A DNA stretch of 64,000 nucleotides from Phoronis australis (lineage: Eukaryota; Animalia; Phoronida), in contig NMRA01000550.1 of the NCBI GenBank assembly GCA_002633005.1, positions 56,089 through 120,088 on the forward strand, read 5' to 3'. The translations under genes and the position numbers were made by a program. Positions 24,541-37,082 of the stretch are shown here, piece after piece. The notes beneath the pieces are model-generated. The model worked only from the letters and a program-made list of their open reading frames with translations. It searched no databases and was not told the DNA's origin. How positions within the stretch are numbered: the stretch's first letter is position 1; each line of letters begins with the position of its first letter.

Positions 24541-24725
24541 ACTATCCCCTTGTGTTGAGAGCCATAAAAGGATGACGTCCTAGGGTACTACGTGTGGTTG
24601 CACTATCCCCTTGTGTTGAGAGCCATAAAAGGATGACGTCCTAGGGTACTACGTGTGGTTGCACTATCCCCTTGTGTTGAGAGCCATAAAAGGATGACGT
24701 CCTAGGGTACTACGTGTGGTTGCAC
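24541..24725. repeat. Minisatellite, 3 identical 61-bp units
   Basis: actatccccttgtgttgagagccataaaaggatgacgtcctagggtactacgtgtggttgc starts at 24541, 24602 and 24663. Confidence 0.95.
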
Positions 24726-25374
24726 CAAATTCTTTTCAATAAATTCACTTCTCGTGCATCGATTTTGAGAATTTGAAGACGGGTAAAATGTATTTTTCAA
24801 TTTTGCAAACAATTACTATGGTCACTTGCCTTTGTTATTGTTATTATTATTATTAGTAGTAGTAGTAGTTGTTGTAATTGTAGCAACGGCAGCGGTGGCG
24901 GCAGCGGCAGTTGTTGGTCGTCTAGGGCAAATGATTGACACATCGACCAAATCAATGGCAGAAGATTAACCTTACCACGTTTCACCTCTAGAAGCGTGGC
25001 TAAACTGGTAGCGTTCAGCTCACGCAATGTGACTGGCCTGGAGTCTGTACATATTAAAAGAGTTAGCGCAGCAAGTAATCACGTGAGCATTCGAATGCAA
25101 CAATTTGATGGCGCTGCAAAAAAACGAGTGTGCATTGTTGTTTAGGACACAATGACTCGCTTTAATAGCATCAATTATACCAACGCAAACGTGTAAGCGT
25201 TCGTGTTCCAAACATGCAGAACCAATTGTAGTTTGGACACAACACTTCGTTTTCAAGCATAAAGGCGAATGTGTGGAAATAGTGAAGTTTTTGTAATTTA
25301 TCTTCAGGAATGTTTGCATAAGGCAAGTCATGTAGATCAATGATGACGGTTCAGCCATAAAAGTGCATCTGACC

Positions 25375-26038
25375 TATGCGGGCATCCAGGAGGGGGGGGC
25401 TTGGGGGTTCGAACGAGCACACTCCCGCCTACCCCCCCCCCCCCATTTGGTGAAGTGGGCAAAAAGTCCGCCTCAAAGAAATAACAACTCCGAAAAAAGT
25501 AGAACATAGGTCCACTAAAGAGGCAGGAACTACCAAAATTCGGTGTACTCACAATTCATAGCTCTCGGCCCGGGTTCTAATCTTTTTACTCGAAATAGAA
25601 GTCGAAATTATGTTTGACATTTTTTACTCTATTTTGTGCGAACTCAAGATAAGTGTCCATTATTCTGTGCGCGAGTACATGATGACTTACGTGGATAATT
25701 TTTAATCCTACTTTGCAGTTGATAAACCCAACATTAAGGCTAAAAGTTCGAGTTTGAACTCGAGATTTCGAGTTTTTACTCGAGTTTGTAGCACGAATAT
25801 CAGGGTCATCAAGTGCAAACTTGGACTAGAAACTCATATGCGTAAACTATAAGGTATTCGAGCACAGTATTATAATCACTTATCTTGAGTAGCAGAGAAA
25901 TTGCCAAAAATAAATTTGACTTCGTTTCAAGTACAGAGATTAGATTCCCGGGCCTGAACGTACCCCGTGAATCTTTGTAAAAGGTCCACATTCTCAAAAA
26001 TTCGAGCCCCCCCCATTTTTAGGCTGGGTGCTAGCACT
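25375..26038 (-). mobile_element. CATGCGCGCACCCAG-family MITE interrupted by a Harbinger-like MITE (25567-25954)
   Basis: The host motif catagctctgaacgtacccc is split by an insert with ggcccggg...cccgggcc termini. Confidence 0.75.
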
Positions 26039-27048
26039 GATGCGACCCAGTTTTCCGCCATGTTGTTTTTTTGCATGGCTCATATCCCAATGTTTATCTT
26101 GCATTAATTAAATATCATTCAAATACTATTTAGTATTTACAAGATACTGGCAATAACAACTTCGATTGTTATCGTGAGGTGTCTGTCAGCCGATTAGGGA
26201 TTATATAAGTTTCCTGGCCACTCTAAGTACCTTCAAGTCGGTGCTTTTTAAGTAGCGAATAGGCAAATTTGGAAAATCTAAGGAAACGAGTGGACGTCGC
26301 ATGAAATTGGTATATGTTTGTTTTTGCAAAATGTTCTTAGTATATAATTTCACCGACTCAGTTTGATAGTCCACTGGTTGTGCGTAAAACGACTAAATGC
26401 AGCACGTGACACGATATCAAACAATATTAGTGCGTACCACTGGGCAACAAGAAAATGTCGAACAATACCTGAAGTAGCCTAGAAATGACAAAACTATACA
26501 TCACACAAAGACTGCTTTCTGCCTCGCCCCGGCCTGCAGCACGCAATTAGCTTCGTGTGCGGCGGAAATACAATCACGTTCCTGACTGCATGGACTTCCA
26601 TATTTTGAAAGTCCCGCGCGCAAATGATTGCCTGGTAGGTATCGCATGAGTTTCACGCATTCACTACAAAATAACACTTGGCAGACAGTGAGATTATTGA
26701 TGTGTTGCCGATACCAATCAGAAAGACGATTACCGTGATGACTACGCTTTGATAGAGTTCAGTACCTGCCTCACCCGTATAGAAAAAATCTACCCAAAAC
26801 CTTGTGCTTAATTCTCATTTGAAATACACGGCAATATCTCGGGAAATCTCGTGAAGTCTTGCTTTTTAACGTAGGTCCTAGCGTTACTGAACTCTACCCA
26901 GTCACTGACCTTGTTGCTTCACCTTCGTTGCTAACTTACTTCACGTCATTTCTGGGACCAATCATAAGACAGAATAGACCGAAAACGTCTAGACTCTAAG
27001 TAAGTGCTAGTCAACTACGTTCTGTTTTGCAAATTCAGTTGACGGCTC

Positions 27049-27450
27049 TCTCTAGTGTTGGTGTTTTTCACCACTTGATCAGCACATCATTCTTGGAGAT
27101 AAGTGCACCCCCTCTGTTGGTGCTTTCCGCCACGTACAGAATAGCAGATCAGATCATTCTCAAAGATAAGTACACCCCTCGTTGGTGCTTTCCGGCACAG
27201 AGTAGCAGATCAAATCATTCTCAGAAATAAGTACACCCGCTCTGTTGGTGCTTCCCGACACAGAATAGCACATCAAATCATTTTCAGAGCCATGGTATAC
27301 GCCCTCTGTTGGTGTATTCCGCCACAGAAAGGCAGATCGGACCATATATTTTGAGATAAGTACACTCTCTCTGTGTTGATAATTTGTACGCTGACAGTGC
27401 AACAGGTCAGAGTATGACTAAGTTCACTGCCACTGTTGGTGCTTTAAGAT
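27049..27450. repeat. Degenerate ~60-bp tandem repeat, about 6 units
   Basis: Recurring ctctgttggtgctttccg...cagaatagcagatca..tcattctc..agataagtacacc. Confidence 0.8.
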
Positions 27451-27957
27451 GCACCACACGATCAGAAGCTCGGAGCATTCTCAGTGTACTTGATTTTGAG
27501 TTTAAACGTCCACGTATGCACCTTTTTCCGGCTCTTCATCACTCTATCTGAAGACATGGCGCCCACCAGTACCTTCGCGATGATGAAGATACTGTACTCT
27601 AGTTTGTCATTTCAACCAACCCTCCGATCTGTCACGTGCTAATGCATTATTGGCATCCCAGTAGAATGATAAAAGCAGCATTTAAGCAAAAACTCATTGC
27701 TATCTGTTTCACATATTGAATACTGTGGTTTTTGGGAAGTAGCCTTTCTTTGCTGTTGCCGTGTATCTCGCCTAAAGCGTAGGTTACGCTTGCCTGTTCC
27801 GCAGATTTTGAGAGGAGTTTTCAAATTTTGTTCCTAACTTTTACTTTTGGAGGTTGTCGAGGGTTACAGAGCATTATTTTTGTTTCAGTGAACTTATGTG
27901 GGAACGTCCTTTTTAATACCTGTTCATAGGCTAAAACTGGGTTTGGTATACATTTAA

Positions 27958-29106
27958 AGGCACGTGCCACCAATTAATTTCAACTTTACCTCTTTAATCA
28001 ATCTGTGTCCATATCACCTCGTGCTCTGTCAACCACACGAGGCCGAGAGGTGTCGCGTTAACTAGTGAGGAAGGTGAAGACCTAACGCGATGTCGTCAAC
28101 GGATCCGAGTCGTGTCATGAGTGTGTGTCACTATTTCAGATAATGGTGTGATTCTTATAAAGAAATTCCAAAACAGTTTGGATCTCTTTCATTCCATCCT
28201 GTAATGAATTTTTTTGGGTATTCGTGACCGTCAATGTGTTCAGAAACTCATGAATAAATAATGCGTTTGCACAGCTTTCCAGATGCTATCAAACTATAAT
28301 TGAAGTCGGGCGGCTATGTGAGTGACCAATACCAATCGTCTGTTATTCAATGCTAGATGGAGGTAAACTATTTAGAAATTAATTTACATGTCGGCCATAA
28401 GAAATGCCAATATACTGCCCATCGATTGTTTCCTAGAACTTTTGCCTTGAGGTTTTTTGTGGATCGTGAGTGTTACTGCACGCGGCGCCGGAGTCCACTC
28501 AGTTTAGTGGTGAGTTGATAGTCGACGCAAATGGCAAATCCGCCCGAATATACATGTAGTCATTAACAACATGACTGTTTCTTTTGCTCAGCTTGATGAT
28601 GAGGACAGGTGCTCTGGAGAATTTAGTGCGAACAGCGCCGCGAGAGCGCGCTCAAGTTGCTCGAGTCACTTCCTGTCGGGGAGTTTTACCTGAACAATTC
28701 GCCTGGTCTAACCCACATGGCGTTGATTTTTCTTTATTACACAAAAAATCCACAACTGGACTTTAAAATTCGAGGCCAATTGAATTCTTGGATGATCTCA
28801 CTCGTGCTTCACGTTTCTTAAAAAATCGGCAATTATATTATGAAATAAAAACAACTATTTAGTTTGAAAACAGAGTATCCAGAAGGCTTTTGAATCGTTG
28901 TTTGTTGTTCTCTTGGTGCAAACGAGAAGACCAAGCGATCTGTGCTAATGGCATCTGAGCAAGTGAACTACGCGACACATAGCCATGACCCATTGACTGA
29001 CGTCACAGACCAACACCTTCGTGTTACTATAGAATGGAGCTAGTGGAGCTGAACTGATGCAAAATATGAATACTTTGTTTTTGGTAATATTACGATGGAA
29101 GATTCC
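27958..29106 (+). mobile_element. Old non-autonomous Kolobok-like element related to 56940-58644; right end uncertain
   Basis: ttaa|aggcacgtgccacc start; gccgagaggtgtcgcgttaac..gtgaggaaggtga is shared with 57028-57063, and tgaaataaaa.caac and tgacgtca..caacacct blocks are shared near the right end. Confidence 0.5.
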
Positions 29107-30319
29107 TTCAGCTACACCCTCGTCGAGAATTTAGTCGGCCATGAAGGAAGTATCACTTGACCTGACACCGCGAGTCGACGTGATAATATATCAATATTTG
29201 CTGCCTTTTTGTCGTTAGTCCTTGCTATTCGTCATTTCCTGATTAAGCTAAGTTTATTCCTGTTTTTGCGTGGAATGTATGACTTTTATTAATACATTAA
29301 TGAAACTCCGCAGAAAACGCGACTTCGTTAAATATGTATATTAATTTAAAATTAAATTCAAAATTACAAGTATGTTAATTGCAAATTAATTGACCGAGAT
29401 TCGAAAACATAATTACCAACGCCCCATCTGCTGGATGACAAAAGACCTATTTGTGAGTGATAACATCAAAGTAGATGAGCGCGCCAACATTCTTCGCTTT
29501 GATCAGATGTCGTCTTCTTATGACGAATAGCGTTATAACTAACGTCAATGTCAAATCAAATGACCAAAATAACGCCATTACAAGACGCAAAAACTCCAAT
29601 GTAATTAATATAATCTAGCGTTAACCCGTCTGCGTATTTATACCAGTGATGGCTGACTACTTTAGAAAACTCGTAAGAATCACTTAGTTTTGAAACACGA
29701 AGAAGGCAGTTTACTACTTATGCGCGAATAACTAATCTCAAACAACTAATATCTTGTTATTTTACAAAGAAATGTTTTTCTGATCACCGCTGCTACCAAA
29801 ATATAGAAAACGGCATGATTGGACATGAAAAATATTACAAAAATTTTTTACCAAATTAGCGATACAAAATTTTTTTACCAAATTAGCGATGCTAAATGAA
29901 GATATCGCCATCACACAGTGCCTGACGCGGGAGACAACTACGTCAATTCACAATAAATGTGGCGCGACAGCTAAAATAGCCGAACTATGTAGCCTCGACG
30001 ATTTTCAAACAAGTAGTGACGTCACTTTTTTGAAAACGGGCACGTCTGGAGCCGTGCGAGGTAATTGTTAGGGCATTCGGGTTGGTAGCAATCATACTTC
30101 CTCACACAGTCTCGCCTACTAGGTGGAACTTGTGCAAAATCGCTAATTTGTACGAAACTCGTTGATCGGCTCGTTGATTTGCGGCTCCATAAACAAGTTT
30201 TCGTCTAAGTGAACACCTACTAGATGCTCAACAGTCCTGGTTACACCAACATAAGTGTTCTTAAGTGGTAAGGTCACCGGTCTTGAATTCAGCGAATGTC
30301 TGACGGACAACTGCGAGAA

Positions 30320-32745
30320 ATGACGAAAAGCGCCCACACATTTGTATGTGGCTGCATATTGCCGTCAGAGCCTGTCTGAGCGTCCGGTGTCCGGTGTCCG
30401 GTGTCCGGCGTCCGGTGTCCGGCGTCCGCAGCTGTATCTCCTAAACCCTCACACGATCTTGATGAGATTTCGCAGACGAGTTCATATAAAGCTGAAGAAG
30501 GATGGCGATGAATTTCGGACTTATCTGGTGAGCCTCCTAGAGACAATTGTATTTTTTACGTTTACCTCTATATCTTCGGAGGTCTTCAACGGATTTTCAT
30601 AAAATGTGGCAGATTTTTGAGGCAACTATTAGTGAGATGACGCTATCCTTCCGTTTTCAGATAGATTCAAGGTATTTTGCGCCACCTAGGGGCCATTTTT
30701 TCCGTTTTAGAGTCTTTTTTTGGCATCCGCCTCTCTATCAACCAAACCGCTCTAAGGATGATTCTGGAAATTGGCTTATATGTTCTTACTGTCAAAACGG
30801 CGGCTGACGATGATTTTCTGAGAGTTTGACTACTATGGCGTCTTCTAGTTTTATTTGTTTTTGCGCCCATGGCTGTATCTCCTGAAAGCTTCGCAGGATC
30901 ATTATTAAATTTAGTAAGTGTACTTATATGCAGTTGACAACGAACGACGACGACTTTTGAACGGATGGGACTGGTTTGCACCCTAGTGGCAATTTTAGTT
31001 TTTACGTTTACCTCTGTATCTTCAAAGGTTCTCAACGGATTTTCATAAAATTTGGCAGATAGGCATCTATTAGTGAGATGAAGCTATCCTCCCGTTTTCG
31101 GATGAATTCGATGTATTTTGAGCCACCGAATGGCCGTTTTTAATATTTTCTAAGGATGATTGTGAAAATTGGCATGTGTGTTCCTACTCTGAAGAGGACG
31201 GCTGACGATGATTTTCCGACGACTTTTACTTCTGTGGCGCTTCTGAGTAACAGTTTTTTTGTTTTTTTTTTACGCCACAGGCTGTGTCGCCTAAACCCTC
31301 TGCAGGACCTTCATTAAATTTAGCAAGACGGATCCGAAGAATGCTGTGCCCCCCAATGACAATTTCATATTTTTTCATTTTCCTCTCAGTGTTTCTCTGA
31401 AGTTCCTTGACGGATTTTTATAAAATTTGGTAAATAGGTTTTTATTTAAAAAAATGACATGTCCCTGTTATGGGATTGATTCGACGTATTTTACGCACTC
31501 TAGAGGTCATTTTTATTGTCCTCTAGTCTGTTTTGACGTCCGCCCCTCTATCAATCAAACAAGGCTCTAAGGGTGATTTTGAAAATTGGCGTTAATGTTT
31601 CTACTGTGAAGAAGACGGTACACATTAGCGCCTTCTTGTGGCAGGTTTTGCATCTAATCCCAATTCCTCTGCAAGATATAAATTGAGCAAGTGTGTTCAT
31701 ATGAAGTTGACAACGAACAACGACGACATTTGGACAGATCCGACTACCGCTGTGCTCCGTTAGAGTTTTTTTTTTCGTTTTCCTCTGTATCTTTGAGAGG
31801 TTTTTATGAAATTCAATAAATAAGTTTCTATTAAAGAGTCAACTGGTTCCTGTTTTCGGATAGATTCGATGTATAGCGGCTGTTTTTATTATCATTAAAT
31901 TTTGCAAATAGGTTTTTATTAAGAACAAAACGGCGCCTTCTCATTTTTGGGAGGAATTGGCGTATTCTGCGCCGCACGTGGCCATTTTAGAAATTTTTAG
32001 TTCGCTTTTTACATCTCCCTCCCTCCAACCAAGAAACTGCTTGAAGGATCGTCTTTAAAATTTGGAGATGAGTTTCTGATCAGAACACTGGCAAGAATCT
32101 TTACGGCCAGTTTCAGACCAATACAACTACAGCTGTGCTCCCTAGCGGCATTTTTTTTACATTTGCCTCTGTAACTTCAGAGCTCCTTGATGCTTTTTCA
32201 TGAATGCAAACAAATTTGTATTGTGAGGACGACAGCAGCTTTCCTTTTTGTGGTGGATTCTACGTATTATTCACCAATGGTGGGCATTTTAATTATGTTT
32301 CAGTCTGTTTTTTGCCGTTTGCTTCTACATCCACCAAACCGCGCAAGGATCATTATGAAAATTGACAGATGTGTTTCTACTGACAGGCGTATAACTGGAG
32401 TGGATTTTCAAACGGGTGCAACAACTGTGGTGCCCCCTAGGCCCCTAGCAAGATGTTTTTGGAATTTTGGAATCGTATTCCTATTAACTTGACAGGAGGC
32501 AGATGGATTCGACTACTGCTGTGGTTCCTAATGACAGTTTGTTTTGTACATTTGCTTTTGTATCTTTGCAGTTTTTTGACGGATTTTCATAAAATTTGGC
32601 AAATAAGTTTGAGAGACGACGACACCATCCCCGTTTGGATGGGTTCACGGTATTCTGAGCCATCTAATGGCCATTTTTATTTAACAAATAAACTCATCTA
32701 GAAGCACACCGTGGGCGCATTTCAACGCTCCTCGTTGCTCTTGTT
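30320..32745 (+). mobile_element. Helentron-associated interspersed element (HINE / DINE-1 / pearl-like) with internal satellite
   Basis: SubTIRs gaaaagcgcccac (30325-30337) / gtgggcgcatttc (32711-32723); (GTCCGGY)n microsatellite 30381-30428; ~400-bp degenerate tandem units (ggattttcataaaat.tggca at 30591, 31037, 31412, 32581); 3' stem-loop caacg-ctcct-cgttg, then ctcttgtt. Confidence 0.75.
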
Positions 32746-32810
32746 CTAAAATCACAAAAAACGCAACGTATGAAATTGTTGCACAGCTCTGGTGAAAACC
32801 AATATCTTTA

Positions 32811-33016
32811 CAACATCACAACACACATTAAACGTCACAGCACACACTAAACCTCACAACGCACACTAAACGTCACAACACACACTAAACCTCACAACAC
32901 ACACTAAACGTCACAACACACACTAAACGTCACAACACACACTAAACGTCACAACACACACTAAATTTCACAACACACACCAAACGTCACAACACACACT
33001 AATCGTCACAACACAA
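32811..33016. repeat. 19-bp minisatellite, about 10 copies
   Basis: (cacaacacacactaaacgt)n. Confidence 0.95.
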
Positions 33017-33713
33017 ACTTCCATTCATCAATAATCCCAAAATCGTGTCTTTCGACCATAACAACGACAATGTCCCCTTTTCAAGTCGCCTGGAACCGTT
33101 GCTATTGAAACCAAAATGTGGGGTCGGGTTAAGCCCACTCATGTTGACGACGAGAAACAACGATAACAAAGATGATGCTGATGATGACGACGACTACGAT
33201 GGCATTTGCGTCCCATAGAAACTGAACGTTCTTATTTTACACGTGTGTTTATTTTTAGTTGGTCCACAACTCCTGCAAATCTTCACATCTGTGGCCATAC
33301 TAAATATTGTCTTATGGTTTCACTATGCTGTATTTTCATAAACAAAATCTGATTAACTTTATTTGAAAATCAACTATGTCGAATGAATGTCGGCCTTGGA
33401 TTCGCTGTGCATGGTGAATAGTTTAACAAACATCAATTTGTTAGTAGCAAAAACATTAGTCACGAACGCTATGCGCAGCCAAATAATGAAATTATAGATT
33501 TGAAAGAATAATTATCTTTCTCCTCAATACGATTTTAAATGAGACAAATTACGGGTTGATTGATTTAATATGGTCTGTCGCTCGCTACAATTGTTGATTG
33601 CGTTTCAATGTTTTCGTCTTGACTTTGTTTGCTGTCCACGCACTGAATTTATGCGTTCTGATAATGTAATTAGCGCGCTACAGGGAGCAGTAAAAGGAAG
33701 ACTGCGCGAATGT

Positions 33714-33875
33714 GAATCTTCTGGTCACAATATCCGCGAGGCCACGGTAATGTGAATCTTCGAGTCACTATAATATGCGCGAGACTGCGCTAATGCCTAT
33801 CTTCGAGTCACTATAATATGCGCGAGACTGCGCTAATGCCTATCTTCATGTCACAATATGCACGAGACTGCGCGA
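33714..33875. repeat. ~44-bp tandem repeat, 3-4 imperfect copies
   Basis: atcttcgagtcactataatatgcgcgagactgcgctaatgcct repeated. Confidence 0.85.
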
Positions 33876-35016
33876 CGGGTGATCTGCCACTCACAATTTA
33901 AGTGGACATCAATATGGAGTTAAAAGTAGGCTACTCTAGACCAAGTTACTCGAAGTCGTTTCTATGGCCAATCACTAACCATATTAGATCGGACCCGCCT
34001 TGTCTCTGCTATGGTAATAGTGCGATTGACTTTGTGATTAAAAAATTAATATGGCGCACAATTGCAACGTATTGAATACACACCACAGGTACGACTTATA
34101 TTACTTCGAAACATAAGCGCGATAGAGACAAGTATCTCATTAAACGTAAATGTAAAATCCAGGCTTTTGAGTGTGCCTTATGTGAACATCCCGTGTACTA
34201 TTGTGTAACTGAAGTACAACAAAACTTGTAGAAATGGGTAATTTGAGCGAGGTCTGGCGAGACTTCTATCTATCGCATCCGAGACACAGTGGCATTGTTT
34301 GTCAGGCCTCTCGATTTTCTGGCTCAAAACTCATGTGTGATAGAAGTGTTATTAATAATCAGTAATTTACAAGAAAAAAAGCTTTGTAACTGAACTTTGA
34401 AATAACATCGAAGTGTGCTATTAGTCAATGATAATCATCTATTTTTGCTTTTGATAACATCTTCTGTTTCCCTTTCTCGTGAAGTGTCCTATTTTTGAGT
34501 GGACTTGTCGATTTCCACGACAGGTTGTTAGGTTCTAGGCCAGCGGACTTGTGGACGAGGTGATCTCGCTAACTGGTGACTGAGGATCATAGAGACGGGT
34601 CATTGAGTACGCGCTCTAGCGGAACTGTGGGACGTGAATTAGTTTGTCTGTGGCTTTTGTGCACGATATAAATCAGATAATTTACGCTACTGTTGGCTCA
34701 GTACGTAATAACTGGGTGCGCATCTTTTTGGTCTTTCTGGTCGTAGGAGTCACCAGAGTCCTTAGTCGAAACGCGTATGATTCTGGTCCGAGAGTCACGG
34801 AGTTCATTAAATGCATTCGTTGACAGGAAGTCGGAGAAAAATATTAAAACTGAAGAACTTGAGATTCTATGTTTTCCTTTAAATATTTACAAGACGATCA
34901 GCGGCGTGTGGGACCAATTGCACCTGACAGACTTTCCAACTTTGTTAACTGAATACAACTGACACTTTTGTAATCATGGTAGTCCGAGTGTTTCCAATAC
35001 TTGCGAAGAAATGGAT

Positions 35017-35243
35017 CATGCGCGCTCTCCGCCGAAAATGGGAGGATCGAATTTTTGGAATGTGGACCTTTGTCTAAGATTCACGGGGTGTGTTTAGAGC
35101 TATGAATTGTGCATTCGCCGAATTTTAGTAGTCCCTGACTTTTTGGTGGGCTTTCGTCTCGTTTTCTACTTTTTCGGAGTTTTTGTTTTGCTGAGGCGGA
35201 CTTTTTTGCCGACTTCGCCAAATGCATTCTGGGTGCGCCCATG
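35017..35243 (+). mobile_element. CATGCGCGCACCCAG-family MITE
   Basis: Same internal sequence as the other copies; flanks TGGAT/TGTAT. Confidence 0.75.
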
Positions 35244-35453
35244 TGTATAGAACTGGTTGTTCCACTTTGGATTAATAATCAATAAAAATTGGAGCAGAAA
35301 GGTCACGAAGATTAGTCAATAGTGCATAAACAAAACAACTCTTTTGTCTGGCGTATTTCGTCTTTGTTACGTGTAGCGGTAACACAATCGATCGCAACAA
35401 GCAATGAATAATCCATGAACTGCGTATCAGACTTTTTGGCTGCTTCTCATTCT

Positions 35454-35600
35454 CATGGACGGCGCAGCCCTGAAAAATATGGGGGGCTAAAGGACTCTTC
35501 CCCCCCCCTGTGGTGCACCCCCTATAGACCGTGTGCAGCGTAGCACTGAAAAAGTGGGGCAATAGCCCCCCCTCCAGTCCCCTATGGTGCGCCGCCCATG
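35454..35600. mobile_element. hAT-like MITE, family CATGGGCGGCGCA; relatives at 51068-51142 and 51801-51943
   Basis: TIR catggacggcgca / tgcgccgcccatg; internal gcactgaaaaa..gggg and caatagccccc. Confidence 0.7.
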
Positions 35601-36500
35601 TTCTACCGAACATACATGAAATTCATTCTCTCTCAAAAGTTTGCAATTAAGGCCTTTTAAAAACCGAATGAGAAATGGAATTTTATGCAAAAAAATGAAG
35701 TTGGAAAATAAAGAGTAAAAATGACATAAATGGTAGACTTTTACTGCTTAGCACGAGATAACCAGTTAAAATATGAAGGTCGATATATTTCACTGCTGTC
35801 AAGATTGTCTTCGCGCCAGTTATGAAGCAATTAGCGATGACATTTTCATTGCAGTGCTTTCAACACACCCTGTCCGCAGATGATTCTAAAGTTAAAGGTA
35901 TCCTCTTTCGTCACCAGTGATTGATTCGAATTTTGTCTGACGGCGTTATAGTGGATCACTCATCGCTTGACGCTTTTACTAGAGTATGGAGCGTGGTTGG
36001 ACAAACGTTGCCAAGAGCTGTCGCTAGCGTTTGAGATAAGTAACACTTTGTGGACGGTATTATTTGAATAAGCATAATTACCATTAACACGTCATATTCC
36101 GTGTAGTTCATATTTACCACCTACTGAGGCACCATGTTGTTACTAAACATGTTAATTGCTTCAACACGGTGCTCAAATCTCGCGGGACGCGAAGCTTCAA
36201 ATGCCGTCAGAAAAGACGCCGTATAATATTGACGCATGCTCTGTACGTGTTTATAATCTCGGGTCTGCATTACTTTATGCAGTCAATAGCTGGATCGCAT
36301 TCGCGTAAACAATTGAGTGAGCTGTGTTCATAAATTACTTAAGGTGGACTATATACACAGCGAAAATAGACTAATTCATTGCAGTTGTGTACCGGTGATC
36401 AGGGAACAGTGACCCCGCAGCAATTTGCTCGACTGTTCTTCGGTACGAGGCGCGATTATCGTTACGTGTATCACCTTTATCAGAAAGTAATGTTCACATT

Positions 36501-37082
36501 ATGACGGAGCCAGGGGCTGATATGGAACAGGTGTCCAGCGTTAAGGTCACCGTCACGGTGTCGCCACCAGATTCACCCATGTTACCACGACAACGATCCA
36601 ACACTGTTCCATCGAAACCTACAACGTTGTCACTTCTCAATGTACCTGGACTCGATGACAACTTACCAGTTACCACAATGCGGCGACGGGCCCGAAGTAA
36701 CCCCGACTGCATGCAAAAGGAAAGGAAGCGAAGGGAGTACGCCGCTAGAAGGCCAGGGACCCCACCTCCCGCCTCGTCATTGCGCACATTTTCGGAGTCA
36801 CTCAACGAATCTTTCAAAAACATATCACTGCCCACTGTGTCGGAATCAGCAACAGAACCAACAGAGGAGCAAGAAAGTTTCACGTGCGATGACGTCTTCC
36901 CTGTCATCCAAAGCTCACCAACAAGAACCAGAGTCTCTGTCAACGGTAAATTTAATCTCAGTCCCAAACACCGAAGGACTTGCCGGCCTAACCCGCCCAG
37001 TACTGTATTAGACGATGATTTATTTACAGATCCTCAAGATGGACATTCGACTCAACATGTCATCAAGGAGACGATCATGGAG
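36501..37082 (+). CDS. Probable first coding exon of an unidentified gene (disordered, Ser/Pro/Thr-rich N-terminus)
   Basis: 194 codons, the longest non-TE ORF in the window, with GC above background. It ends GAG|gtgtga (phase-0 donor), and there is a possible acceptor at 36482-36483. No recognisable domain. Confidence 0.65.

Noticed and set aside
24541-33875. Tandem arrays (61-bp, ~60-bp, 19-bp, 44-bp) as CRISPR arrays
   Set aside because: The units are contiguous with no unique spacers, there are no cas genes, and the context is eukaryotic.
36494-37011. ORFs 36494-36967 (-) and 36640-37011 (+) as separate genes
   Set aside because: Shadow frames of the 36501 exon.
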